Shown here in pieces: positions 1 to 9,299 of a DNA stretch of 64,000 nt (its first letter is position 1; each line of letters opens with the position of its first letter). The DNA is from Candidatus Eiseniibacteriota bacterium (GTDB taxonomy: Bacteria > Eisenbacteria > RBG-16-71-46). The stretch spans positions 96,001-160,000 of the forward strand of contig JBGPFC010000002.1 of NCBI GenBank assembly GCA_041483195.1, in the 5' to 3' direction. Under the pieces are notes generated by a model that did not search any database, had not been told where the DNA came from, and saw only the letters and a program-made list of their open reading frames with translations. The position numbers were made by a program, and so were the translations under genes.

Positions 1-1662
1 GAGACCAACAACATTCCCCCGTTTCCGTTCATCGGCCTCGTGACCGACGGCGTCACGATGTGCGCGGTGACGCTGGGGGGCACGCCCTTCGTGCGCCGTT
101 TCGCACCCGGACCCTGGCAGGCCAAGTTCACAGACATCGACGGCGCGAGCATCGGCGGGGCGCTCCGCGTGTACGAGGATCACCACCGCATCCTGCTGGC
201 GACCGATCTCGGACTCTACGCGTGGACCGGCAGCGACTGGCAGATCGCGAGCCTCGCGTTCCCGTCGGACCCGAGGAACCCGCGCCGCATCTTCGCGTTC
301 ACCGTGGACCCGGTCACGAACCTTTTCTACGCGGCCGATCAGGATGGCCTCTACGAGCAACCCGCGACCCCGGGGCCCTGGCGGCTGCACACGCCGCCCA
401 CGCCGCCCGGCAACAACGTGCTCAACGTGAACATCCATCGCGGACGGGTGTACGTGACCACGTTCGAGGAGGGCATCGGACGTTTCGACGGACGCGAGTG
501 GCGCGTGTGGCCGTTCGGCCCGCGCTGCACCGTGGGGTGCGACACCACACTGCTCGCGCCCAATTACCCATTCGCGTTGCTGGTGGACGGGCAGGGGAAG
601 AAGTGGTTCGGATGCTGGGGAGAGACCATCGACGTCCTGGACGACAACGTGTCGCCGCCGTCTGCGACCCATTTCCTCTACCCGACGCCGCCCACCAACA
701 ACGACCTGCACACTCGAGCCTGGGCTTCGACCGCGGACTCGCTGGGCGGGAGATGGTTCGGAATGGACACCGACGATTTCGGCAATCCCGAGCGCGCGCC
801 GCTCGGGCTCGAGTACTACAATCCCCTCGGCGTCTACGCGGCCAACTACAGCCCCGAAAACTCCGCGATGCGCATGGGCAAGGTGCACGGCCTCACCACC
901 GACCGCACCGGGCGCGTGTGGGTGGGATACACCGGCGCCGGGATCGACTACTTCCTCTGGCCGCCGAACAGCGGCAGCGTCCCGGAGTTCCAGACCGTCA
1001 CGGGCACCGAGCGGCTCGACATCGAGGGTCTCGTCGCGCACGGCGACACGTTGTGGGCGCTCGCCACCAGCGAGGTGCGCGCGTTCCGGACCGTCACCTC
1101 TCCGCCCGCGGAGATCGCGTCGTATCCGATCCCCGCGGCGCCCGGCCAGCTCGCGGCGAATCCGCTCGCCGTGGCGCGGGACGGAACGGTGTGGGTGGGC
1201 ACCGTGAACGGGATCCGGGTCATTCATCCGGGCGGGCTGACTCAGGACTACAACGTGAAGAACTCGCCGCTCGCCGACGACGAGATCCGTGCGATCCGCA
1301 TCGACCCCGCGACCGGCGCGGTGTGGATCGGGACCACCGGCGGGCTCAATCGGTTCGATCCCGGCTACCGTCCCCCGCCGGCGCCATCCGTGCCGCGCCT
1401 CGAGTTCAAGATCTATCCGAACCCATCGAGCCTTTCCGCGCTCGGCGTGTCGCTCCGGCTCGAAGGCAACGCCGCCACCTTCGATGGGGCGATCTACGAC
1501 GTGCAGGGGCGACGGCTCAGGCGATTCTCGGGGATCACGAGTCGCGGGCTGGTGTGGGACGGTCGCACCGAGCGCGGCGAGCTGGTGGGTCCCGGCATCT
1601 ACTTCATCCGGGTGGAATCGGGCGGCAAGTCCTCGGTGTCCCGCGTGGCGCTGCTGCGCTGA
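1..1662 (+). CDS. Beta-propeller (two-component-regulator-propeller/PorZ-like) protein with C-terminal FlgD-Ig / T9SS-like sorting domain; 5' truncated by window edge
   Basis: Repeated 'D..G..W.GT..G' propeller blades; C-terminus 'KIYPNP...IYDVQGRRLR...WDGR...G...PGIYFIRV'; frame open from base 1. Confidence 0.75.
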   Translation, partial: ETNNIPPFPFIGLVTDGVTMCAVTLGGTPFVRRFAPGPWQAKFTDIDGASIGGALRVYEDHHRILLATDLGLYAWTGSDWQIASLAFPSDPRNPRRIFAFTVDPVTNLFYAADQDGLYEQPATPGPWRLHTPPTPPGNNVLNVNIHRGRVYVTTFEEGIGRFDGREWRVWPFGPRCTVGCDTTLLAPNYPFALLVDGQGKKWFGCWGETIDVLDDNVSPPSATHFLYPTPPTNNDLHTRAWASTADSLGGRWFGMDTDDFGNPERAPLGLEYYNPLGVYAANYSPENSAMRMGKVHGLTTDRTGRVWVGYTGAGIDYFLWPPNSGSVPEFQTVTGTERLDIEGLVAHGDTLWALATSEVRAFRTVTSPPAEIASYPIPAAPGQLAANPLAVARDGTVWVGTVNGIRVIHPGGLTQDYNVKNSPLADDEIRAIRIDPATGAVWIGTTGGLNRFDPGYRPPPAPSVPRLEFKIYPNPSSLSALGVSLRLEGNAATFDGAIYDVQGRRLRRFSGITSRGLVWDGRTERGELVGPGIYFIRVESGGKSSVSRVALLR

Positions 1663-1668
1663 GATGCG

Positions 1669-2715
1669 GTGATCCGCCTCACCCCGCGCGTACAGGAGGG
1701 TCCGCCTGACGTCTGGGCGGCGCTGCTCGCGTCGGATCCCGGCGCCTCGCCCGCCCATCGCCCCGCGGTGTGGGCCGCGCTCGCGGCGTCGCTGCCCGGC
1801 ATGGAGTCGCGTTTCATCGCGGCCGAGTCCGACGGGCGCGTGATCGGTGGCGCCCCGGTGATGATCGAGCGGCGCGCGGGGTTTCACTGGATCCACGCGC
1901 TCCCGTTCCTGCTCCCCGGAACGCCGCTGGCCCCCGAGCAGGATCGGGCCGCGGTGGATCTCGCCGTGGCCGAGGGGATCGCGGCACTGCAGCGCGAGCG
2001 TGCGGCGCTGGGCGGAGAATGGGTCTGCTACCGGCCCGATCCTTCCCCGGGCCACGGCCCCGCGCTCGAGATCCCGTGCGGAGAGACGCGCGTGCATCCG
2101 AGCGCACTCATCGATCTCGACCATGGGCCCGAGGCGGCGCTGCACCGGATGGAGCGCAAGACCCGGCAGGCGATCCGCCATGCGCGCGCGCTCGGCATGT
2201 CCTTCGCGGAGGAGCCCTCGGCGCTGGTGGAGGCCTACGCGCTTTACCTGCGCCAGTCGCGGGGCTGGCGCGGGCATCGCGTGCTTCCGCTCGAGCTCTC
2301 GCGCCGGCTGCTCGCGCCCGCGGGCGGGGCCGCGGATGCGCTCGGGCCGGCGGCGCGCCTGTTCACGGTCCGAGATGGACGCGGCCTGCTCTCCGCGACG
2401 CTCGCGCTCGATCACCCTCGCGAGCTGCTGCTGTGGTGGAGCGGCACCCACCCGGACGCGCGCGGGGGCCAGGCATTCACGCTCCTGCTCGGCGCGATCG
2501 TGGAATGGGCCGCCGCGCACGGTCGTGCCCGCGTGAACCTGGGCGGGAGCGCGGGACTCGTGCCGGTCGAGGCGTTCAAGGCCTCGCTCGGGGCGCGCAT
2601 CGTGCGCGTGCCGGTGCGCTGGCTCGACGCGCGGCACGCTCCGGCCGCCGGACGGTGGGTGGCCGCGCTTCAGAATCGGATCCGGCGCGGCCGGCCGCTC
2701 GGGGAGCTCGCGTGA
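1669..2715 (+). CDS. GNAT-family (FemAB/CelD-like, Acetyltransf_6) acyltransferase
   Basis: 'RKTRQAIRHARALG' and 'LLGAIVEWAAAHG...NLGGS...FKASLGA' pattern; sits in a glycosyltransferase operon. Confidence 0.7.
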   Translation: MIRLTPRVQEGPPDVWAALLASDPGASPAHRPAVWAALAASLPGMESRFIAAESDGRVIGGAPVMIERRAGFHWIHALPFLLPGTPLAPEQDRAAVDLAVAEGIAALQRERAALGGEWVCYRPDPSPGHGPALEIPCGETRVHPSALIDLDHGPEAALHRMERKTRQAIRHARALGMSFAEEPSALVEAYALYLRQSRGWRGHRVLPLELSRRLLAPAGGAADALGPAARLFTVRDGRGLLSATLALDHPRELLLWWSGTHPDARGGQAFTLLLGAIVEWAAAHGRARVNLGGSAGLVPVEAFKASLGARIVRVPVRWLDARHAPAAGRWVAALQNRIRRGRPLGELA

Positions 2716-3836
2716 AGATCGCGACGCTCGCGAACGCATCGGTCATCCACACGCGGCGGTGGGTGGAACACTTCCGCGCGCGCGGACACGACGTGCGCCT
2801 GTGGTCGCTCGAGCCGGGACCCGCCGCGCTCCTCGCGCAGCGCCTGCCGCGCTTCCCGCTGCCGGGCTTCGCGCGCTACCCGCTCGCGGCGCCGGCGCTG
2901 CGGCGCGCGTTCGCGTCGTTCCAGCCCGACGTGGTCGATGCGCACTACGTGCCGAACTACGGGGTGCTGGGCGCGCTCGCCGGACGACGCCCGCTGGTGA
3001 TCAGCGCGTGGGGCTCGGATCTGCTGGTGGCCGGCCGGCGCGATCCGCTCCAGCGCGCGCGCGCCCGCTTCGCGATGCGCCGCGCCGACGCGGTGCTGGT
3101 GGACGCCGCGAACCTGGGCGCGGCCGCGCTCGCGCTGGGCGCGCCGCGCGAACGGCTCCACGTCGTGCCGTGGGGCGTGGACCGCGGCCGCTTCCACCCG
3201 GCCGCCGCGCGGGAGCCGGGATTGCTGGTCAGCGCCCGCATGCACGAGCCGATCTACGACCTCGAGACCATCATCGCCGGGACGGCGCCGGTGCTCGAGC
3301 GGCGCCCGGAGGCACGACTCGTGATCGCGGGGGAGGGCAGCCTGCGGCGCGGGCTCGAGGCGCTCGCGGCGCGCCGGCTGCCCGCGGGTCGTTACACGTT
3401 CGTCGGCCGGCTCGAGCCGGTCGAGCTGGCCGCGCTCCTCGCGCGAGCTGAGCTCTATCTCTCCGCCTCGCTCTCGGACTCGACATCGGTCTCGCTGCTC
3501 GAGGCGATGGCGTGTGGCGCGGTGCCGGTGGTGAGCGACATCGACGGCAATCGCGAGTGGGTGGGCGAGGGCGACGGCGCGCGGCTGTTTCCCGCCGGCG
3601 ATCCCGAGGCGCTCGCTCGCGCCGCGCTGGGCGCGCTCGACGACGCGAGCTGGATGGCGGCGGCCCGCGAGCGCAATCGGCGCGTGATCGAGACCCGGGG
3701 CGACTGGAACGTGAACCTGGCGTCGATCGAGGCGCTGTTCGAACGGCTGGCCGCGGGCACGCACGGCCCCGATGCGATGCGGAGGGCCGCGGCGGGGCCC
3801 CGCGGGGGCGCCGTGCCGCGCGGAGCCCGCGAATGA
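2712..3836 (+). CDS. Glycosyltransferase family 4
   Basis: GTG start overlapping upstream stop (GTGA); 'PDVVDAHY', 'SAWGSDL', 'SLLEAMACGAVPVVSDI'. Confidence 0.85.
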   Translation: MKIATLANASVIHTRRWVEHFRARGHDVRLWSLEPGPAALLAQRLPRFPLPGFARYPLAAPALRRAFASFQPDVVDAHYVPNYGVLGALAGRRPLVISAWGSDLLVAGRRDPLQRARARFAMRRADAVLVDAANLGAAALALGAPRERLHVVPWGVDRGRFHPAAAREPGLLVSARMHEPIYDLETIIAGTAPVLERRPEARLVIAGEGSLRRGLEALAARRLPAGRYTFVGRLEPVELAALLARAELYLSASLSDSTSVSLLEAMACGAVPVVSDIDGNREWVGEGDGARLFPAGDPEALARAALGALDDASWMAAARERNRRVIETRGDWNVNLASIEALFERLAAGTHGPDAMRRAAAGPRGGAVPRGARE

Positions 3837-5149
3837 TCAGGCGCCGCCTGCTGGTCCTGTGTTACTTCTATCCGCCACTCGCGGGGGGCGGCGTGCATCG
3901 CGTGCTGGGCTTCACGCGCCACCTGCCGGCATGGGGGTGGGATTGCACCGTGGTGTGCGCCGGGGCGGAGGATTACTGGGTGCGAGACGAGAGCCTGATG
4001 CAGCGGGTGCCGGCGGATACCGAGGTGGTGCGCGTTCCGGGCGGGAGCGCGCTCGCGGCGTGGTTGCGCTGGACGCGCGCCCGCCCCGGCCGCCGCTCGA
4101 GCGGGACGTTCGCGGGACTGCGCCGAATGAGCGACTGGTGGCTCCTGCCCGATTCGTACTCGGGATGGGCGAAGCGCGCGCGCGGGGTCTCGCTGTCGCG
4201 CGTGCGAAAGGGCGGCTTCGACGCCGTGTTCTCGAGCTCTCCGCCCGACAGCGTGCACCTCGCCGGGCTCGAGCTGAAGCGGCGCACCCGTCTGCCGTGG
4301 GTGGCCGACTTCCGCGATCCATGGATCGGGCTCTATTTCCGCGATCCCCCCACCCGGTGGCATCGCGCCCGGCAGCAGTCGCTCGAGCGCGCTGTGCTCG
4401 CATCGGCGGACGTGACGGTGACGGCGTCGCGCACGCACGCCGCATGGCTCGAAGCGCGCCCCGGCGCGCGGCCCGCGCGCGTCGTCCACATCGCGAACGG
4501 CTTCGAACCCGACGCGGCCGTGGCTCCCGCCGCGCCGGCACCCGATGCGGCGACCGCGGGAGAGCGGGCGTTCGACCCGGACCACTTCACGCTGGCCTTC
4601 ACCGGGACGCTCTCCCAGATGCCGGACGCCGAGGTGTTCTTCGAGGCGCTGCACGAGCTGTTCGCGCGCAGGCCCGAGGCGCGCCGGCGCCTGCGGATGC
4701 GCATCGCGGGGCCGTATGATTCCGGCTACGAGGATCGCTCGATCGCGCTCGGGCTCAAGGGCATCGTCGAATTTCTGGGTCCGCTGCCGCACGCCGCGAC
4801 GCGCACGCTGCAGCGCGCGGCCGACGTGCTGCTGATGTGGAAGCCACGCGGCACTCCGACCATGGTTCCGGGCAAGCTCTACGAGTACGCGGACAGCGGC
4901 CGTCCGATGCTGGCGCTGCTGCCCGAAGACGACGAGGCGGCCGAGCTGGTGTCGCGCGCGGGCGGCGAGCGCGTGGCCCCGGGAGATCGCGCGGCGCTCG
5001 CCGCGAGCGTCGAGCGGCGCTATCTCGCGTGGAAGGAAGCCGGACGATCGAGGAGCGCGCGCCCCGCGTGGCTCGACGATCACACGCGCGCGCGCCTCGC
5101 CGGGCAGCTCGCCTCGGTGCTCGATTCGCTCGCGGGATCCGCGCGATGA
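3833..5149 (+). CDS. Glycosyltransferase family 4-like
   Basis: ATGA overlap; 'YFYPPLAGGGVHR', 'WVADFRDPW', 'PGKLYEY'. Confidence 0.85.
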   Translation: MIRRRLLVLCYFYPPLAGGGVHRVLGFTRHLPAWGWDCTVVCAGAEDYWVRDESLMQRVPADTEVVRVPGGSALAAWLRWTRARPGRRSSGTFAGLRRMSDWWLLPDSYSGWAKRARGVSLSRVRKGGFDAVFSSSPPDSVHLAGLELKRRTRLPWVADFRDPWIGLYFRDPPTRWHRARQQSLERAVLASADVTVTASRTHAAWLEARPGARPARVVHIANGFEPDAAVAPAAPAPDAATAGERAFDPDHFTLAFTGTLSQMPDAEVFFEALHELFARRPEARRRLRMRIAGPYDSGYEDRSIALGLKGIVEFLGPLPHAATRTLQRAADVLLMWKPRGTPTMVPGKLYEYADSGRPMLALLPEDDEAAELVSRAGGERVAPGDRAALAASVERRYLAWKEAGRSRSARPAWLDDHTRARLAGQLASVLDSLAGSAR

Positions 5150-6696
5150 TCCTCTCGCTGAACGGTCCCGTCACGCGCGTCGAGCGCGTCGGGCTGGTCG
5201 CCGCGCTCGCGCTCGCCACCGCGCTCATGTGGCCGCTCCGGCACTACCTGACCGACGACACCTACATCCACCAGCAGTACGCGCGCCACCTCGCGAACGG
5301 GCAGGGGCTGGTCTTCAACGTCGGCGAGCGCGTGTACGGCTGCACCAGCCCGCTCTGGGTCGCGCTGATCGCGGACGGAATGGCGCTGGGCATCGACGGG
5401 CTGCGGGTCGCTCGCACGCTCGGGTTCCTGGCGACACTCGCATCGATCGCACTCTTCTTCCAGCTGATGCGACGCACGCTCCGCACGCCGGAGCTGCGCG
5501 CGCTCGCCACGCTCGCGTGGGCGGGGCACGCATGGATGCTGCGCTGGTCGCTCTCTGGCATGGAGACCCCGCTCGCGGTGGCGCTCGTGCTCGCGGGATT
5601 CGTCGCGTTCACCGAAGGCCTGCAGTGGGGCTCCCGTCCGGTTCGAACCGCCGCCCTCTGGTCGCTCGCCGCCCTCACGCGCCCGGAGGCCGTCTTCCTG
5701 CTCGGGCTGTGGACGGTGTTCCTGATCGTGGACACCGACAGTCGCGCCGGCCTGCGCCGCCTCGTCTTCGGTCTCGTCCCGCCGCTCCTGATCTACGGAG
5801 GATGGCTGGCCTTCTCGCGCCTCTACTTCGGGACGTTCTGGCCCAACACGCTCGAAGCCAAGGCCGCGGGTTCGGAGGGGCTCGCCTTCCAGCTCGACAA
5901 CCTGTGGCGTCAGGTCAAGATCGTCGGCGCGACCGACGGCGTGAAGGCGGCGGTGCTGATCGCGGCGCTGGTGTTCGGCGCCCGCCGGATGTGGCCGCGC
6001 CACACCACGGCGCAGCGCATGGTGCCATGGGTCTGGCTGGTCGGAGTCCCGGCGCTGTACGTGGCGCGGGGCGTGCCGGTGCTCTCGCGATACCTGTTGC
6101 CGCTGCTGCCGGTGATGGGATGGCTGGCGTGGCGCGCCGCCGAGGTCTGGTGGGTGGGAGAGGACCCATCACCGGCGCAGCGCCGGCGCGCCGTCGTGCT
6201 GGGCGTCGCGCTCGCGGCGCTCACGCTGTTCCAGAATCTGACCGTCTATCGCATGCAGGTGCTCCCGCACGTCGAGTCGTTCAGTGAGGGATTCCGCGGA
6301 TCGCTCGTGCGGTGGGGGCGCTGGTTCGGCGATCACGCGCCGCCCGGAGCGGTCATCGCGACGCCCGACATCGGCGCGATCGGATATTTCAGCAGGCATC
6401 GCGTCGTCGACCTCGCGGGCCTCGTGACGCCGCAGATGGTACCGCTGCTCAGGCAGCAGCCCGCCGAGGACGTGGTGCGCGAGCTGCGGTTCGAATCGTT
6501 CGCGCGTCCCGGTTTTCTCGTCGACCGCGCTCCGGTCGCGAACGATCTGATCGCGCGCAGCAGCTTCGCGGCGTGCCTGACGCCGCTCGGTCACGCGTCG
6601 GTTCCGAATCTCGGGATCGCGCGCCCCGGCGAGGCCGTTTACACGTTCTACCGCGTCGACTGGGCGGTCTTCGACACGCTCCGCGCGCGACGCTGA
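5146..6696 (+). CDS. Polytopic GT-C-fold membrane glycosyltransferase (AftB-like N-terminal motif)
   Basis: ATGA overlap; 'DDTYI...ARHLANGQGLVFNVGERVYGCTSPLW', 'SGMETPL', 'LTRPEA', 'VVDLAGL'; many TM segments. Confidence 0.7.
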   Translation: MILSLNGPVTRVERVGLVAALALATALMWPLRHYLTDDTYIHQQYARHLANGQGLVFNVGERVYGCTSPLWVALIADGMALGIDGLRVARTLGFLATLASIALFFQLMRRTLRTPELRALATLAWAGHAWMLRWSLSGMETPLAVALVLAGFVAFTEGLQWGSRPVRTAALWSLAALTRPEAVFLLGLWTVFLIVDTDSRAGLRRLVFGLVPPLLIYGGWLAFSRLYFGTFWPNTLEAKAAGSEGLAFQLDNLWRQVKIVGATDGVKAAVLIAALVFGARRMWPRHTTAQRMVPWVWLVGVPALYVARGVPVLSRYLLPLLPVMGWLAWRAAEVWWVGEDPSPAQRRRAVVLGVALAALTLFQNLTVYRMQVLPHVESFSEGFRGSLVRWGRWFGDHAPPGAVIATPDIGAIGYFSRHRVVDLAGLVTPQMVPLLRQQPAEDVVRELRFESFARPGFLVDRAPVANDLIARSSFAACLTPLGHASVPNLGIARPGEAVYTFYRVDWAVFDTLRARR

Positions 6697-6840
6697 GCCG
6701 GCGGCGCGCGCCCGGTTCGCGCCAACGCGAACGCAGGGCATTCGAGCCCTCCTCGAGGAGCGCGCGACCCCGGATCCGGCGCTGCACGCGCGTGCACTTC
6801 CGCCGGCCGCGAAATATTCCAAATCACCTGACGATTCCTT

Positions 6841-6870
6841 TTGACAGCCGCGCATCTTCGCTCGTATCGT
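6841..6870 (+). promoter_or_regulatory. Sigma70-type promoter of the dcw cluster
   Basis: TTGACA (6841-46), 18 nt spacer, TATCGT (6865-70), upstream of mraZ. Confidence 0.7.
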
Positions 6871-6880
6871 GCGGCACGCG

Positions 6881-6925
6881 GTGGGGAGTTGTGGGGATTC
6901 GTGGCGGTTGGTGGCAACCAATGGG
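6881..6925 (+). promoter_or_regulatory. MraZ-binding direct repeats
   Basis: GTGG at 6881, 6891, 6901, 6911 (ATGG at 6921), exact 10-bp period, between the promoter and mraZ. Confidence 0.8.
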
Positions 6926-6944
6926 AATGCGAGAAGCGCGTCCG

Positions 6945-7397
6945 ATGGCGTTCTACGGGACCGAAACCTACGCGATCGATCACAAGGGCCGCATCAGCGT
7001 GCCCGCATCGATGCGACGCGCGGGAACGCGCAAGAAGGCGCTCGACTCGTTCTATCTCGTCGCCGGCTTCGAAGGCTGTCTCGCCCTGTACGCGCCCGAT
7101 GACTGGGCGCGTGTCGAGGAGCGTCTCCGCCGCCTCCCGATGGGAGGCCGCAAGGGCCGCGCGTTCGCGCGCGCGTTTCTGATGAACGCAACTCCCGTGA
7201 CGGTGGACGCGCAGGGACGCATCACGATCCCACCGGCACTCGTGGTCCGTGCAGCGCTCGGCAAGGAAGCCGTCCTGCACGGACAAGTCGATCGCATCGA
7301 GATCTGGAATCCCGAGCGGCTTCGGGCGGCCGTCGCCGAGGCCGATGGCCAGCTCGAGTCGCTGGCCGACGAAGTCCTGGGTGGCGGGGACGCGTGA
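6945..7397 (+). CDS. mraZ: Division/cell-wall cluster transcriptional repressor MraZ
   Basis: 'FYG...IDHKGRISVP', 'VDAQGRITIP', 'DRIEIWNP'. Confidence 0.95.
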   Translation: MAFYGTETYAIDHKGRISVPASMRRAGTRKKALDSFYLVAGFEGCLALYAPDDWARVEERLRRLPMGGRKGRAFARAFLMNATPVTVDAQGRITIPPALVVRAALGKEAVLHGQVDRIEIWNPERLRAAVAEADGQLESLADEVLGGGDA

Positions 7398-7843
7398 TGG
7401 CGCGCGGGGCGGTGAGGCCGGCGCGCGTCCCGTTCGCCGTGAATCTCGAGCTCAGCCACGGCCGTCACGGCGCGGCGGCGCGGCTCGAGATTCACGAGCG
7501 CGGCGGCGACCGGCTCGCCCTGCTCAAGCTCAGCGGCTGGATCGACCAGGTCGCGGTGCGCCGTCTGGAAGGGACGCTCGCCGAGCTCGCGGAGCGCGGC
7601 ACGAGCCAGCTGCTCCTCGACTGTTCGCAGCTTCGTCACATCGACTACCGGCTGGTGCCGGTGCTGGTCGACGCGCTGTCGCGTTTCGAGACCCACGCCG
7701 GCGGGTTCGTGGTGTGCGGGCTCTCGCACTACCTGCGCGACCTGTTCCGCCTCGCGGGATGCGAGCCGCGGCTGCGCTGCTGGCCCAACGCGGACGAGTT
7801 GCTCGGTCCCGCCCTCGAGCCGGGCCGTGAGCGCGCGTCATGA
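7394..7843 (+). CDS. STAS-domain (anti-sigma-factor antagonist-like) protein
   Basis: 'LLKLSGWID...LLLDCSQLRHID...GGFVVCGLSHYLRDLFRLAG'; overlaps both mraZ and rsmH. Confidence 0.75.
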   Translation: MMARGAVRPARVPFAVNLELSHGRHGAAARLEIHERGGDRLALLKLSGWIDQVAVRRLEGTLAELAERGTSQLLLDCSQLRHIDYRLVPVLVDALSRFETHAGGFVVCGLSHYLRDLFRLAGCEPRLRCWPNADELLGPALEPGRERAS

Positions 7844-8756
7844 ACCGGTTCTGGTCGCCGAGACCCTCGCGCTGCTCCGCAATGGCCCCGGACTCTACCT
7901 CGACGCCACGCTCGGCGACGGCGGGCACGCCGAGGCCCTGCTCGACGCCGAGCCGGCATCCCGATTGCTCGGCTGCGATCGTGATCCCGACGCGCTGGCG
8001 TCCGCGCGCGAGCGACTCGCGCACTTCGGCGGGCGCGTGAACCTGGCGCATGCGACGTTTCGCGAGCTGCCCGACGCGCATCGGGCGATCGGGAGCGAGC
8101 GGCTCGCGGGCGCGCTGTTCGATCTCGGTCTCTCGTCGCGACAGATCGACGACGCATCGCGCGGCATGAGCTTCATGGGGGAGGGCCCCCTCGATCTGCG
8201 CATGGATCGCTCGCGCGGGATTCCGGCAGCGGCGATGCTCGCGGAGGTCGACGAGGGCGCGCTGGCATCGGTGCTGCGCGAATACGGAGATCTCACCGGG
8301 GCGGCGCGTCTGGCGCGCGCCATCTCTGCCGAAGCGAGGCGCGGGGGCCTCCCCACGACCCGCGCGCTCACGGCGGTGGTGGATCGCGCGCTGGGCGGGC
8401 GGCCTCATCCGCGCCGCTACGCGCAGGTGTTCCAGGCCCTGCGCATCTGGGTCAACGGTGAGGCGGAGGATCTCGAGTTCGCGCTGAGCTGGCTGCCGGA
8501 TGCGATGCGCGAAGCGGGCGTCGTGGTGACCATCGCCTATCACTCTGGCGAGGATCGCCGGATCAAGCGGGCGGCGCGGGGACCGGTGAGAACGGCTCCG
8601 TCGCGTCGCCGGCCGCAGGTGCCGGAGGAACGGCTCCCCGAGGGGCCGTGGGAAGTGCTGAACCGTCACGTGGTGGTTCCCTCAGCGGAGGAGACGGCTC
8701 GCAATCCACGCGCTCGCAGCGCGCGGCTTCGGGCCTTCCGGAGGAAGTCGACATGA
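7827..8756 (+). CDS. rsmH: 16S rRNA m4C1402 methyltransferase RsmH
   Basis: 'HEPVL', 'DATLGDGGHA', 'DLGLSSRQID', 'PLDLRMD', 'YHSGEDR', 'NPRARSARLR'. Confidence 0.97.
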   Translation: MSARHEPVLVAETLALLRNGPGLYLDATLGDGGHAEALLDAEPASRLLGCDRDPDALASARERLAHFGGRVNLAHATFRELPDAHRAIGSERLAGALFDLGLSSRQIDDASRGMSFMGEGPLDLRMDRSRGIPAAAMLAEVDEGALASVLREYGDLTGAARLARAISAEARRGGLPTTRALTAVVDRALGGRPHPRRYAQVFQALRIWVNGEAEDLEFALSWLPDAMREAGVVVTIAYHSGEDRRIKRAARGPVRTAPSRRRPQVPEERLPEGPWEVLNRHVVVPSAEETARNPRARSARLRAFRRKST

Positions 8757-9190
8757 AGTTCCATCTCCGCCGTTCCATTCCGTCATGGCGCGCGCCAGAA
8801 GCGCGCGTCGTCCGTCCCGAGCTGTGGCTGCTCGCCATCGCCCTGGTCGGAATCATGCTGGTCGAGGTGTGGCAGAGCTCCCGCATGGCCGAGCTCAGCC
8901 TGCATCTGGACCAGACCCGTTCGGCGCTCGCGCAGGCACACGCACGGCTGGAGTTCGTGCAGGCGCGGCTCGACCGCCGAACCACTCGCGCCGAGCTGAC
9001 CCCGCTTGCGTCTCAGCTGGGTCTGGCGCCAGCCGACGCCCAGCAGGTGGTGGCGCTGCCCGCGGAGTATCTCGCGGGCGCCGACACCCCGTCACGGGAC
9101 GGAGCCTCCGTCTCGATGCTGGCGTTGGCGGAAAGGGCATCGCGGGCACTCGTGCCGGAGGCCACGGCGCGGGTTCGCGCGGGAAATTGA
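8753..9190 (+). CDS. ftsL: Cell division protein FtsL-like
   Basis: Lies between rsmH and ftsI; single TM followed by coiled coil and 'ASQLGL'; ATGA overlap. Confidence 0.7.
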   Translation: MKFHLRRSIPSWRAPEARVVRPELWLLAIALVGIMLVEVWQSSRMAELSLHLDQTRSALAQAHARLEFVQARLDRRTTRAELTPLASQLGLAPADAQQVVALPAEYLAGADTPSRDGASVSMLALAERASRALVPEATARVRAGN

Positions 9191-9299
9191 TCGAACGCAC
9201 GTCGTGACAGAGGTGCGCCGGATGTCCGGCCGCACCACCGCACCGCGCGAGTGATGGCCAGGCGGTCCGCGTGAACCGCCGTTCCATGGAGGGAAGGGG

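Noticed and set aside
6881..6925. Short periodic repeats as a CRISPR or tandem repeat
   Set aside because: 4-nt cores at 10-bp period match MraZ boxes; no repeat-spacer structure or cas genes in the window
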